The position numbers and the translations under genes are program-made. 64,000 bases of DNA, taken from assembly GCA_963713695.1 (NCBI GenBank), contig CAVQMU010000002.1, positions 564,041-628,040 on the forward strand, given 5' to 3'. The notes beneath the pieces are model-generated. The model made no database searches. It was not told where the DNA came from and saw only the letters and a program-made list of their open reading frames with translations. This document shows positions 50,401 to 60,698 of the stretch, one piece after another (position 1 is the stretch's first letter; each line of letters begins with the position of its first letter). This DNA is from an uncultured Alphaproteobacteria bacterium. Lineage in GTDB: Bacteria; Pseudomonadota; Alphaproteobacteria; Rhizobiales; Beijerinckiaceae.

Positions 50401-51865
50401 GCGAGTAATGCACGCCCGAACTGTTTCCTGCTTGCGAGGCGAGATCGACCGCCTTGATGTCGGCGCTGAGCGCCGCGGCGGACGAAACGTTGGCGATGGA
50501 ATCCGATGTCGAAGCGCTCAGCGTCACCGCGATATTGTTCGTTGCCGGCGTGTCGCCGCCGGCGTCGGTCGTCGTCACGCTGATCGTGTCGGTTCCGGAA
50601 TAAAACAGGTTGGCCTGATAGGTCGCCGTCGCCAGCGCCGCGTCGATCGCCGCGACGGTCCCGGCGATCTTCATGTCTCCCGTGCCCGCGCCCGTGATCG
50701 TGGCCGCCCCGGCGGCCCCTACGTTGAAGGAACCGTCTGCGGCCTTGAGTTCGGTCGTCAGCTGCGTCTCCTGAAACAGCGCGCCGAGCGTCGAACTGAC
50801 GGAAACCGTTGGGGCGCCCAGCGACATCGCGCTGTTCCAGCCGCCGCTCAGCGAGGTCGTGGAAAGCATTTGCGAAATCGTGTTGACGAAGGAATAGCCG
50901 AGGACGTTCATCTCCTCGAGATCGGCCTGCGAAATGGCGCCTACCTTGCCGTCATAGGCTGTGCCATAGGAATCGCCTTTGAGGGAATCGGTCCAGTCCG
51001 CAACATCCTCGCCCTGCGCCACCTGCGCGGGCGTATCATAGGGGAGGGTGACGGTCGTGCCGTTATAAGAGAAATAGGAATAGGCGTTGGAGTTGTAATT
51101 GGCGACGAAGGGCTCGTCGAGGGCGCCGGCCGCCGAACCGGGCGCGGCATTGGTCGACCCGCCGGCCGCCGTATAATGGTAAAAATCGAGCAGCGTGTAC
51201 TGGTTGTCCACGCCGAGTTCATCGGTACGGCCGAGAACCTCCGAGATTTCGTGTTCCAACAGGCCAACCGCGTCGTAAGTTCCCCCGGCGATGCTCGATT
51301 GCGACCAGCTGTAACTGAGGGCGCTGCTCAAGCCGACATAGCCGTCAACCGAGACGCCATATGTGGAAAGCCCCAAAACCTTTGCTTCGGCGGTATTGAC
51401 GACAAACGTGCCGGCTCCATTGGTCGGATCGGTCGCGGGCAGGAGAGCCGCAGCGGTCGTCTGAACTGAGGATGTCGTGTCGGTCGCCTGTGCCGCCGCG
51501 AGAAGCTGTTGATATGAATATGTTCCAGTATTGAAGTCGCTCTCGCCGGCGTCCGACGCGTCGACGGGCTGTCCTTCGATTTCGCCATAACTGAAGGTTA
51601 TATTGACGGTGATCGGGTTGGCGATGAGTTGGTCGTAATATTTTACCGCGGCAGCGACGGCAGCCTCGTATTGCGCCTGCAACGTCGGGCTGAGGGAAGT
51701 GACGCTCGAATCGTAGGTGGCGTTGATGATCATGCGGGCGTTTCCGTTGGACGGCGGGAAGGCTTGGCCGGGCGGGACAGGGCTTTTCCGAAAAATAGAG
51801 TGAAGCGACGGCGACGAAGGCGAATAATCAGCAGGATGACCAGCGACAGGCTTGGCTGGAATCAC
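47479..51865 (-). CDS. giant (~1,450 aa) secreted glycine-rich repeat protein with PATR-type (autotransporter-associated beta-strand) repeats and ~9 tandem 33-aa C-terminal repeats; interrupted by a 1-nt frameshift near 50200-50225
   Basis: ORF 50183..51865 (N-terminal domain; probable ATG at 51733, MIINATYD…) and ORF 47479..50133 are the same gene in different frames. Shifting by one base after …ENLTIFE gives …AAAVGGAGGSGDNSTNGASGGGGAGLGGGLFVANDS… PATR motif …GSGSLTLDGAGVLTLDAQNTFTGGVTIELGTLELAT… Repeats SLYNTGGNWDWVYGSNGDVYLNGAQAAIQGGGD occur 9 times. No signal peptide. C-terminus …LVASQFKFV. Confidence 0.7.
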
Positions 51866-52473
51866 CCTTCAATAGGTTCTACATTAAAGAAAGCGGAGGC
51901 GGCTTGGCAATCTCATGCTTTGCCGCTGGGATTTCCCGCCCACAAAACGGCTGGTCTCCAGGTGGAGGCGGGGCCGCATCAGGCGACGGTTTTGAGCGGA
52001 CCTCTGCAAATGTTCCGACTAGCGATTGACCGCTAGAATTTTCGCGAGCGCGAAGTCGGCGAGGTGATGGGTCGCCTGACCGTTGCCGGGCAGCCACCAG
52101 TACAACGCTTCGGCTCCGGTTAGCCCATATGTGGAACTCAGAACGCCCTTGGCTCGGTCAGTGATGACAGGAATGACGAAATCGACTCGCGGCGGCGACG
52201 CGCCGATCATTTTTAATGTCGCGCAAACGCGCAAAGCAAAAGCAAACGCGTTCACGAATTTTTGGACGCCAAAACAAGAGCGAGAATTTTGTAGCTATAA
52301 CAATGTTCTGCCTTGTGTGTCGTTCGAGGCGCCCGATTCGCAAGATTAATTTTTAATACGGTCTTGGGCGCGTTTCTGATAGATTTCCCAGCTGTTTTGT
52401 TGGGCTACCCGACGACAGGGCGCTCAGCCTGGCAGCCTGGCGATCATCGGTCAGACGAACTGGGGCCGCAGCG

Positions 52474-55400
52474 ATGGATATCGAGGCGTGGCTAAGGGGT
52501 TTGGGCCTTGGCCAGTATGTCGCGACGTTTCGCGATTTTGCGGTTGACGCCGACATATTGCCGGACTTGAGCGACGCCGATCTCGAAAAGCTTGGTCTTC
52601 CGCTCGGCCACCGCAAACGCCTGCTCAAAGCGATCGCCGGCCTCGACGTGGCAAGCGCGGCGCCCGCCTCGACCGTCTCGATGTCGACGACTGGGGCCGC
52701 CGCCGACGCCGAGCGCCGGAATATCGCCGTGCTGTTTTGCGATCTCGTCGGTTCGACCGGCGTCGCCGCGCGTCTCGATGCCGAGGAATGGCGCGACATA
52801 GAGAACGCCTATCTGGATGCGGCGAGCAAGGCGGTGACCGATTTCGGCGGGCGGGTCGCCAAGAAACTCGGCGACGGTTTGATGGCGCTGTTCGGCTATC
52901 CGACGGCGCAGGAGAATGACGCCGAGCGCGCGGCGCGCGCCGCGTTGGCGATTCAGCGCGATCTCGCCAAACTGAATGCGGCCAATGCGGATGCGGGCAG
53001 GCCCCGGCTAGCAGTGCGCATCGGCATTGCCTCGGGCCTTGTGGTGGTCGACGCCGCGGGTGAGATATTTGGCGATGCGCCAAATATTGCAGCGCGCGTG
53101 CAAGCGGTGGCCGAGCCAGGATCTGTTCTGACGACAGCCGCCATGCAGTGCCAATTGGCAGGCCTGTTTGTCGTGGAGGACCTTGGCGCGCACGAACTCA
53201 AAGGCGTCGCCGGCCCGATGGCGCTCTATCGGCTGGTGCGCCAAAGCGGTGCGGGACGGCGGCTTGCGGCGCGGGCGTTGACGCCTATGGTCGGGCGCGA
53301 GGACGAGATGGCCGCGCTCGCCCGACGCTGGGCGCTCGCGCGACGCGGCGAAGGGCAATTGCTGCTCATTGTCGGGGAGCCCGGTCTCGGCAAATCGCGC
53401 CTGTTGGAGGAGTTTCGCCGCACGCTGAGCGGAACGCCCCACACGTGGGTTGAATGGAACTGCTCGCAACTTTTGCAAAACACAGCGCTGCATCCAGTCG
53501 TCGAATGGGGACGCCAGCGTTTTAGCGCCGACGATTCTCCCGAGCGAAGGCTTGCCGATCTTGAGGCGACGCTGACGCTGCTCAATCTCGATCCCTCCGA
53601 GCATCTGCCGCTGCTCGCGCCCCTCGTCGACATTCCCTTGCCGTCGGAACGGGCGCTGGAGGGGTTGTCGCCTGCCGAATTCCGGCGCAAACAGCTCGGC
53701 GCGCTGATGGCTTGGGTGATGGCGGGAGCGCGGGCGCAGCCGGTCGTTCTCGCCTGCGAGGACCTGCACTGGTCGGATCCGACCACGCTTGAGCTCTTGC
53801 GCGGTCTTGCCGAACGCGGCGGCGATGCCCCGCTGCTCATCCTCGCCACGGCACGGCCGGAGTTCCGGTCGTCGTGGAGCATCCGCGCGCATCATGGCGC
53901 GCTGGGGTTGGCCCCGCTTGACGCGGAAGAAGTCAAACGAATGGTCGGGCAAATCGCCGCCCGCCATGCATTGTCGCGTCAAACCATCGACGGCGTGGCC
54001 GCGCGCGCCGGAGGCGTGCCGCTGTTTGTCGAGGAGGTGACGCGGCTGCTGCTGGAGCGCCATGACACGGGCGACATACAGGCGATACCGCCGACCTTGC
54101 AGCAATCCCTGGCGGCGCGGCTCGACCGGTTGGGGCCGGCGCGCGAGATTGCGCAAGTCGCCGCGGTGATCGGGCGCGCGTTTTCTTACGCGCTGCTGCG
54201 GGCGGTGGCGTGCGCTGGAGATGCTGAGCTCTGCGAGGGTTTGGAGCGCCTGACGGAGGCGGGCCTCATCCACGTCCATGGCCAGCCGCCGGACGCGGAT
54301 TATCGCTTCAAACATGCGCTGATCCGCGATGCGGCCTATGAAGGTCTTCTGAAAAGCCGTCGTCAGGCGCTGCACGCTCGCATCGCCGAGAACTTGCGCG
54401 ACCGTTTTCCCGAGCGCGCCGAAGCCGAACCGGAGTTCCTCGCCGGCCACTTCACGCAGGGGGGGCTTTTGGAGCCTGCGATCGACGCCTGGACCAAGGC
54501 AGGCGAACAAGCCGCTCGGCGCTCGGCAATCACCGAGGCGGTCGCACATTTCGAAAAGGCGATCAATATCGCCGACGCCCTGCCTGATCGCCGTGAGCGA
54601 AGGCTTGACCGGCTGCGCTTGCAGGTCGCTTACGGCAACGTGCTCATTCCAGCGCGTGGACATGGCGCGGTGGAGACGACCGCGGCGTTTGTCCGAGCGA
54701 GGGAGCTCATCACTGAGAATACGGAATTGTCGGAGACGTTCTCGATCTATTATGGGTTGTGGACTGGCCATTTTGTTCGCGGCGAACTTGAGCCGATGAA
54801 GACGACTGCGGCAGAACTCCTGCTCGCAACCGAGGCAGGGAGCGAATCCGCTGCCGCCGGCATCGCACATCGAATGTCTGGCGTCACATACTGGTCCGCC
54901 GGGGAATTTTCACTCGCCAGAACCTTCCTCGATCGCGCTCTCACCATGATCGGGCCAGAGATTGACAAGGTGTCGATGCTTGCCTTCGGACAAGAGCCGG
55001 GCGTCAGCGTCCTGGCTTATCTTTCACTGACCAATTGGCCGCTTGGAAACGTCGCGCGTGCTATCGCTCGCGCTGACGAAGCTGTCGAACGCGCAACAGT
55101 TAGCGGACATGTTGCGACGATCGCTTACTCAGTTTGGCATCGGCTCCTTTTGGACCTGATGCAGCGGCGCGACGATCTCGCAATTGACGGTGCGAAGGCT
55201 TTAATCGAGATCAGCGAAAAGTACGAACTGCGACAGTGGCGAATAGCAGGCATCTTCTTTGATGGGTGGACACGATGGCGCCGGGACTCCCAAGTGGACG
55301 GCATCGAAGCGATGAAACGCGGTGTGGCCCTTGTCCGCGAGCAATCCGCTCACAATACCTCGCCTATCTATGCAATCCTTCACGCGGAGGCGCTTTGCGA

Positions 55401-55764
55401 GCATGGTCAAATTGCGCTTGCGCTTGCTGCAATTGATGAGACTGCCGCCGAAATCGAGCACACGGGCTGTCGTTGGATTGAGGCTGTGCTGTATCGCGTG
55501 CGCGGCGAAATTTTGCTGAAAATGGGCGCTCCCCACGTCTCCGCTGCTGAAGCCGCATTGGCGCGCGCCCTGCACATCGCACACGCGCAACAAGCGAGAA
55601 GCTTTGAGCTGTGCGCGGCGATGAGTCTGGCGAGGCTTTATCGAGATCGGGGCCAAAGCGTTCAGGCGCGCGACATCTTGGCGCCTGTCTACGGTTGGTT
55701 CACGGAGGGGTTCGACACGCCCGATTTGACGCAGGCCAAGGCTCTGCTCGACCAGTTGGCTTGA
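52474..55764 (+). CDS. multidomain signalling protein: SAM domain, class III adenylate/guanylate cyclase, AAA/NB-ARC-like ATPase, TPR repeats
   Basis: SAM: …ILPDLSDADLEKLGLPLGHRKRLLKAI… Cyclase: …RRNIAVLFCDLVGST…GDGLMALFG…IGIASGLVVV…PNIAARVQ… P-loop GEPGLGKSRLLEE. C-terminal TPR-like helical repeats. Confidence 0.9.
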   Translation: MDIEAWLRGLGLGQYVATFRDFAVDADILPDLSDADLEKLGLPLGHRKRLLKAIAGLDVASAAPASTVSMSTTGAAADAERRNIAVLFCDLVGSTGVAARLDAEEWRDIENAYLDAASKAVTDFGGRVAKKLGDGLMALFGYPTAQENDAERAARAALAIQRDLAKLNAANADAGRPRLAVRIGIASGLVVVDAAGEIFGDAPNIAARVQAVAEPGSVLTTAAMQCQLAGLFVVEDLGAHELKGVAGPMALYRLVRQSGAGRRLAARALTPMVGREDEMAALARRWALARRGEGQLLLIVGEPGLGKSRLLEEFRRTLSGTPHTWVEWNCSQLLQNTALHPVVEWGRQRFSADDSPERRLADLEATLTLLNLDPSEHLPLLAPLVDIPLPSERALEGLSPAEFRRKQLGALMAWVMAGARAQPVVLACEDLHWSDPTTLELLRGLAERGGDAPLLILATARPEFRSSWSIRAHHGALGLAPLDAEEVKRMVGQIAARHALSRQTIDGVAARAGGVPLFVEEVTRLLLERHDTGDIQAIPPTLQQSLAARLDRLGPAREIAQVAAVIGRAFSYALLRAVACAGDAELCEGLERLTEAGLIHVHGQPPDADYRFKHALIRDAAYEGLLKSRRQALHARIAENLRDRFPERAEAEPEFLAGHFTQGGLLEPAIDAWTKAGEQAARRSAITEAVAHFEKAINIADALPDRRERRLDRLRLQVAYGNVLIPARGHGAVETTAAFVRARELITENTELSETFSIYYGLWTGHFVRGELEPMKTTAAELLLATEAGSESAAAGIAHRMSGVTYWSAGEFSLARTFLDRALTMIGPEIDKVSMLAFGQEPGVSVLAYLSLTNWPLGNVARAIARADEAVERATVSGHVATIAYSVWHRLLLDLMQRRDDLAIDGAKALIEISEKYELRQWRIAGIFFDGWTRWRRDSQVDGIEAMKRGVALVREQSAHNTSPIYAILHAEALCEHGQIALALAAIDETAAEIEHTGCRWIEAVLYRVRGEILLKMGAPHVSAAEAALARALHIAHAQQARSFELCAAMSLARLYRDRGQSVQARDILAPVYGWFTEGFDTPDLTQAKALLDQLA

Positions 55765-55882
55765 TCCCGAGCCTGTTGCGGACGCGCATGTCGCGCGTAG
55801 TCAGAAAGCCGACTTATGGACTGAACGACCGCACCGTTCGGGACCGGCCGAAATTTGTTGGCGAACACTGTTTATGCTCAGG

Positions 55883-56434
55883 TCACTTCGCCGCAACGCC
55901 GCCGATCTGGTAATTGCCGACCTTTGTGCCCATCCACTGAGATATCGCTTCTGTGGAGACCGCGGGACTGCTGCGGATGTCGAATTCTCCGGTTATGCTG
56001 GCATATTTTCCCGTACCGCCCTTCCAGGAGCCTTTATAAAGAACTCCGCCGCCCATCGGCTGGGGCGAAGCCGAAGCAAAACTTTCGTAGACGGTATCAC
56101 CGTCCTTGTCGGTGTACGTGCAATTGCCGTGTCCTTCGATCATTTTAGCAGCTTTGTCGATCGTTAATATGATCGCACAGCGGCCCGGGGCGCGATGAAG
56201 CAAGCCGGTTTCAGAAACGTTGAACGCCATCATAAATGGGGTGATGGCGACGACATCCTTGGTGTCGTTGAGAGCGACCGGCTTGGCGGCAGGAACGCTT
56301 GTGGCGGAATAAATAATCTTGAATTGACCTGTTTGGGGTAGATCTTCGGCGATAGCCGAGGTGTTGGCGGCTGCAGCTTCGAAAAGGAGCGCGACAACTG
56401 TAGCGAGTTGGTTGAAAGTGCAGAATTTGTGCAT
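55883..56434 (-). CDS. secreted hypothetical protein (~180 aa), lower GC
   Basis: Signal peptide MHKFCTFNQLATVVALLFEAAAA; no recognised domain. Confidence 0.55.
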   Translation of the reverse strand: MHKFCTFNQLATVVALLFEAAAANTSAIAEDLPQTGQFKIIYSATSVPAAKPVALNDTKDVVAITPFMMAFNVSETGLLHRAPGRCAIILTIDKAAKMIEGHGNCTYTDKDGDTVYESFASASPQPMGGGVLYKGSWKGGTGKYASITGEFDIRSSPAVSTEAISQWMGTKVGNYQIGGVAAK

Positions 56435-57024
56435 CGTGAACATTTTACCCTCCTATTGAACACTTGTCGCTCTCTCTGAGAACGGCTCCGACAAATTTCT
56501 AAGGTCGATGCATGCGCGTCCACTGTGCCGAACGTCGGCGGCGACATTACTACAACAAAGATGTTCTTCGCCCTGTGATAGGCGTCACTGGACTCTCTAT
56601 GTTTGACAGAATGTGTGCGTCGCCAACAAATAGAGCGCTGAAACAGCATCGCGTATATTATTCGCGATTTAACCGCCAAGGACGGCATGCGCCGCTTCTT
56701 GCCAAAACAGGCTTCGTCGGTTATTTCTCAAGCATTCAACGAGGGGGTTGGCGGGCGGAAGGCGCAGAAGCCATGTCTGGCGCGTGCACAACCGAACGAT
56801 CAGTCGGCAGATCACAACCGATTATTGAGAACACGATTATTCTCGTCCATATTCTACGGCGCGTCTTCCTTGAATTTCGGCAGCGGGTGACGCGACGATG
56901 CGAGTGTGGTTTCCTCACAGTCGATTTCGGCGCCGCGGCGCCATCTAAACTCATGCTTGGTTACAGCCGGCGTTACCGATTTGACGTTTTGAATGTTCGC
57001 ATTCATCGCTATCGGAGATAGTCA

Positions 57025-57735
57025 ATGCGCGCGCCCATACCTCAGGCGTCAAGCCCAGATCACCGCATTCTAGACCAATGCTTGTTCCTTCGCGCCCTCG
57101 ACGAAGTCTCTCGCAAAGAGTTATTGGCGCACGCCATTCGCAGAAAATTTCAGCCCGGCGATGTCATCTTTCGGTTTGGCTCGCCCGGCCATTGCATGAT
57201 GATCGTCGCGCAGGGAACTGTCCGAATTAGTCTCACTGAGTCTGGCGGGCGGTCGATTATTCTCACAGACATTCAATGCGGCGGCATACTGGGAGAAGTC
57301 GCAATATTTGACGGCAAAGAACGCTCCGCTGATGCAACCGCCCAGACGTGTTGCGAGCTTCTGGTTTTCGAACGCCGCGACGTGCTTGCATTTCTTGAAC
57401 GCCATCCTGCGGCATGCCTGAGAATTCTGGAGCTTTTGTGCACACGATTACGTGGCGCCAATCAACGCGTGTTGGACGTCGGCTTTCTGGATATTTCGGA
57501 GCGTCTGGCGAAAATACTTTTGTTGCGATCGAGTGAACGTCGCGCGACGAAAAGCGCTTCGCCGGCGAAGATCGCGGATAGCCAAAATGATTTGGCCGCA
57601 ATGGTCGGCTGCAGCCGCGAAGCAGTGAATCGTTGCCTTCGTCAAATGCAAAGGCGCGGAATTTTGGCGCTTCAAGATGGGTGGATTATAATTTTACAAC
57701 CTGAGGCGCTCCAGTCCATCATCGATATCGCCTGA
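57025..57735 (+). CDS. Crp/Fnr-family cyclic-nucleotide-binding transcriptional regulator
   Basis: cNMP-binding beta-roll (…GDVIFRFGSPGHCMMIVAQGTVRIS…GEVAIFDGKERSADA…) and C-terminal HTH (…QNDLAAMVGCSREAVNRCLRQMQRRG…). Confidence 0.85.
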   Translation: MRAPIPQASSPDHRILDQCLFLRALDEVSRKELLAHAIRRKFQPGDVIFRFGSPGHCMMIVAQGTVRISLTESGGRSIILTDIQCGGILGEVAIFDGKERSADATAQTCCELLVFERRDVLAFLERHPAACLRILELLCTRLRGANQRVLDVGFLDISERLAKILLLRSSERRATKSASPAKIADSQNDLAAMVGCSREAVNRCLRQMQRRGILALQDGWIIILQPEALQSIIDIA

Positions 57736-58080
57736 TCGCGCCATCGGCCGTTGAGCCGATGTAAGTGCTTTCTTGAAAACAATTATCAAAATCTGGACTG
57801 ATGAGGTGGAGACCCCGGGTTTGCCGGAGGCCGTTTTTGTTCAATAACGCCGCCCTGTCAGATGCTTCAACACGTGTGAGAAGGCATCCACCAGAACGCT
57901 GATTTTGCATCGGTGCATCAATGCGTAACGCCAAAACGTGAGAGGGCGTTGTTGAACGCGTATTCGCAGCTGTGACGGGCATCACAAGTAATTTTCCAAA
58001 GCTAGGGCAGCATTGCATCTGTCGGCGTCGGGGCTCCATGAACAGGGGGCCGGATCGCCGGCCAGAGAAGGAGACCGGAC

Positions 58081-58302
58081 ATGAAGAAAATTGTCTCGAC
58101 CTTGATCGTCTCTTTGGCGGCGCTTGGCGCTCTGGCCGCCGCGCCCGCCAAATCGGACCCGCTATACAACGTCCACGCGTGGACCGCAGAGTCGCCTCTG
58201 CCCAGCGGCGAAAAAGTATACGGATTCGACGTTCAGAAGGGCTGCTATAACGGCGTCACGGCAATCCAGGGGCAGTTGAGCCGCGCCCATATCTGCTATT
58301 GA
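58081..58302 (+). CDS. small secreted hypothetical protein (73 aa)
   Basis: Signal peptide MKKIVSTLIVSLAALGALAAAPA, GGAGA-like SD upstream, two Cys. Confidence 0.5.
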   Translation: MKKIVSTLIVSLAALGALAAAPAKSDPLYNVHAWTAESPLPSGEKVYGFDVQKGCYNGVTAIQGQLSRAHICY

Positions 58303-58620
58303 CGCGTTCGCGAAGAATTGAGCGCTTTTCGACAGCGATAAACGATGCTCCAGCTTCGCCATAGGAAAAACTGAACGCCGGCTCGGCTGGAAACCGGATC
58401 GGCTGTCCCTCATCGTCGTCCAGCAGGAGACGCGGCCGGTCGACGCCGCCGGCCGCGTCGTGATTGCGGAAGTCAGCAAGACGACGAACGTCAGCGCCGG
58501 CCGGCTCGCCTGGATGGATGGCGCGGATGTCGTGTTGAGCCAGGTCGTTGAACTCGACAAGGGCAACGGGACAGCACATGGCGCGGGCGCACGAGTCGAG
58601 GACGGCGCGTCGATGCCGTT

Positions 58621-58660
58621 TCTTGGCATCCAGCAAGTCGACTTCTTGGCATCCAGCAAG
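58621..58660. repeat. perfect 20-bp tandem duplication CTTGGCATCCAGCAAGTCGA x2
   Basis: Seen directly in a low-coding-quality region upstream of the integrase. Confidence 0.6.
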
Positions 58661-58993
58661 TCGACGAGGGCTCGTCAGCTTTATGAGCTACGATCTCGGC
58701 TTCGTCGATCTGGAGCAGAAAACTTTGCAGACCCTCGACAACCCGTTCGGCGCGAGGTTGTCACCTATGTCTTAGGTACGTTCTGTCAGCGATGTGTCCG
58801 GTATGGACACACAAGATAGATGGCGGAGAGGGAGTCCGCGAAACCATAGTCCACGGCGTGTTTCTGGCGTTCTCTAAGTCGAGCCAAAATCAGGCATTGT
58901 AGAGCTTTTGTGTCTTCCGTTGTCCACGAATATCCACTACAATCCACGTCAGAAAGTGGGGCCGTAAGTGGGGCCACTAGATCAGGTGAACGG

Positions 58994-59296
58994 ATGACAA
59001 GGGCGCGCAACAAACTCTCGGCTCGCAAGGTCGCAACCCTCAGCGACACAGGACGCCATGGTGACGGCGGAGGGTTGTATCTGGTGATTGACACGACAGG
59101 GGAGACGTATCGGAGGCGTTGGCTCTACCTGTTCACCTTGAACGGCAAGCGGCGTGAGATGGGCCTTGGCGGCTTCCCTGAGGTTTCTCTGGCGGACGCT
59201 CGCAAGGCGAGGGACGTGGCTGAACAGAGCGTCAGGGGCGGGGTTGATCCCATTGACGCGAGAGAGGCTTCCAAGCGAGCCTCAGAGGGTAAGCAG
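58994..59296 (+). pseudogene. phage/P4-type tyrosine integrase, N-terminal Arm-DNA-binding (DUF4102) fragment, truncated by an IS insertion
   Basis: MTRARNKLSARKVATLSDTGRHGDGGGLYLVIDTTGETYRRRWLYLFTLNGKRREMGLGGFPEVSLADARKARDVAEQSVRGGVDPIDAREASKRASEGKQ| then runs into the IS terminal repeat. Confidence 0.8.
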
Positions 59297-60698
59297 ATCA
59301 CGTCCGTCAAGCTGGTGGAAATTTTGGGGCGGTCACCTTGCCTCCTCAGGCTGCGATTTTCGGGATTGGCGTGGGTTGTTCGGCGAGTCCGGTCATGGTC
59401 TCCAGGCTCATGTAGCGATGCTGCAATTGCCACTCGTCGTTTTGTTCGAGCAGGATCGCGCCAACGAGGCGCCTGATTGACGGCTCGTTGGGAAAGATGC
59501 CGACGACATCGGCGCGGCGCTTGACCTCCTTGTTCAATCTCTCGATCGGGTTGGTCGAATGCAGTTTTGGCCAATGGGCGCGGGGGAAGGCCATGAAGGC
59601 GAGCACGTCGGCCTCGGCGTCGTCCATCAAAGCAGCGAGTTTGCCAAAACGCTTGCGCAACTGGTCGGCGACGTGGCGCCATGTCTGCGAGGCGGCGGCT
59701 TGATTGTCCTGAGCGAAAACCGAGCGGATCGCAGCCGAGACCATGGAATGCTCCGCCTTCGACACGTGGGCGAGCGCGTTGCGCATGAAGTGGACGCGAC
59801 AGCGCTGCCAGCTTGCCTTGAATACCTGCGAGATCGCCGCTTTCAGGCCTTCGTGGGCATCGGAAATCACCAGTTGCACGCCCTTGAGCCCGCGCTTTTC
59901 CAGCGAACGCAGGAAATCGAGCCAGAACACAGCAGCTTCCGAGGGGCCCAGGCCCAGGCCCAAAATCTCGCGCTTGCCTTCGGTGTTGACGGCCGTAGCG
60001 ATTATTGCCGCGACCGAAACGATGCGGCCGTTCTCGCGCACTTTCAGATAGGTGGCGTCGAGCCACAGATAGGGCCAGTCGCCTTCGATCCGCCGGTCGA
60101 GGAAGGAGTTCACCCGTTCGTCGATGTCCTGGCAGAGTTTGGACACCTGGCTTTTCGAAATGCCTGACATGCCCATCGCCTGAACGAGGTCATCGACCTT
60201 GCGCGTCGAAACGCCTTGAATCCAGGCCTCCTGCACGACGGCGACCAACGCCCGCTCGGCGGTCTTGCGCGGCTCCAGGAAGGCCGGAAAATAGCTGCCC
60301 TGGCGCAGCTTCGGGATTTTGAGATCGAGCGTGCCGAGCCGCGTCTCCAGATTGCGCTCGCGAAAACCGTTGCGCTGGGTCGTGCGCGCCTCGTTGCGCT
60401 CGTAGCGGCCCGCGCCAACGAGGTTTTCGACGTCATACTCCATCAGTCGCTGCAAAACCGCTTCGGCGAGTTCCTTCAAAAGGTCGCCGCCGCCGCGCTC
60501 GCGAATGGAATTGAAAAATGCCATTGTGTCATCGGTCATCGTGTTGTCTCCGGTAGGGGTCAAGTCTCGCAACTCGACTATAAACCGAAGAGGACGCGGT
60601 GACCGCCCCCAGCCGACGGGCCGGCCGGCTCCGCAATACGCGGAGCTCCGCCCGCCGGCCCTTCTCAGAAAATTTCCACCACCTCAGTGGACGCTACC
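59297..60698 (-). mobile_element. IS256-family insertion sequence (~1.4 kb) with imperfect ~26-bp terminal inverted repeats, flanked by a 9-bp target-site duplication GGTAAGCAG
   Basis: Left end ACGTCCGTCAAGCTGGTGGAAATTTT vs reverse complement of right end GCGTCCACTGAGGTGGTGGAAATTTT. Direct repeat GGTAAGCAG at 59288-59296 and 60699-60707. Removing the element fuses the integrase halves in frame (…ASEGKQ|TFGQVADAL…). Confidence 0.85.
59346..60572 (-). CDS. IS256-family (Mutator-like) transposase
   Basis: …WPYLWLDATYLKVRENGRIVSVAAIIATAVNTEGKREILGLGLGPSEAAVFWLDFLRSLEKRGL…VISDAHEGLKAAI…HFMRNALAHV… DDE motif context typical of IS256. Confidence 0.9.
   Translation of the reverse strand: MRDLTPTGDNTMTDDTMAFFNSIRERGGGDLLKELAEAVLQRLMEYDVENLVGAGRYERNEARTTQRNGFRERNLETRLGTLDLKIPKLRQGSYFPAFLEPRKTAERALVAVVQEAWIQGVSTRKVDDLVQAMGMSGISKSQVSKLCQDIDERVNSFLDRRIEGDWPYLWLDATYLKVRENGRIVSVAAIIATAVNTEGKREILGLGLGPSEAAVFWLDFLRSLEKRGLKGVQLVISDAHEGLKAAISQVFKASWQRCRVHFMRNALAHVSKAEHSMVSAAIRSVFAQDNQAAASQTWRHVADQLRKRFGKLAALMDDAEADVLAFMAFPRAHWPKLHSTNPIERLNKEVKRRADVVGIFPNEPSIRRLVGAILLEQNDEWQLQHRYMSLETMTGLAEQPTPIPKIAA

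Noticed and set aside
50941-51267. Possible HExxH zinc-protease motif in the giant protein N-domain (HEISE)
   Set aside because: The motif is H-E-x-x-E, not HExxH. Family membership could not be supported from sequence alone, so it is mentioned only as an observation.
56512-57021. ORF 56512..57021(+) and 56230..56688(-) in the gap upstream of the CRP-family gene
   Set aside because: Arg-rich, overlapping each other, with no RBS or homology. Treated as non-coding promoter/leader region.
58256-58819. ORFs 58162..58659(-), 58256..58636(-), 58460..58819(+) in the region left of the integrase
   Set aside because: Mutually overlapping, with no domain resemblance. The region contains a 20-bp tandem duplication and looks like decayed junction DNA of the integrated element.
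58820-58900. tRNA-3'-end-like string (TGGCGGAGAGGGAGTCCGCGAAACC on the plus strand; reverse-complement ends …GGACTCCCTCTCCGCCA) upstream of the integrase, a candidate att/tRNA remnant
   Set aside because: Could not derive a consistent acceptor/T-arm fold or a full cloverleaf from the surrounding sequence. Flagged only as a possible degraded fragment.
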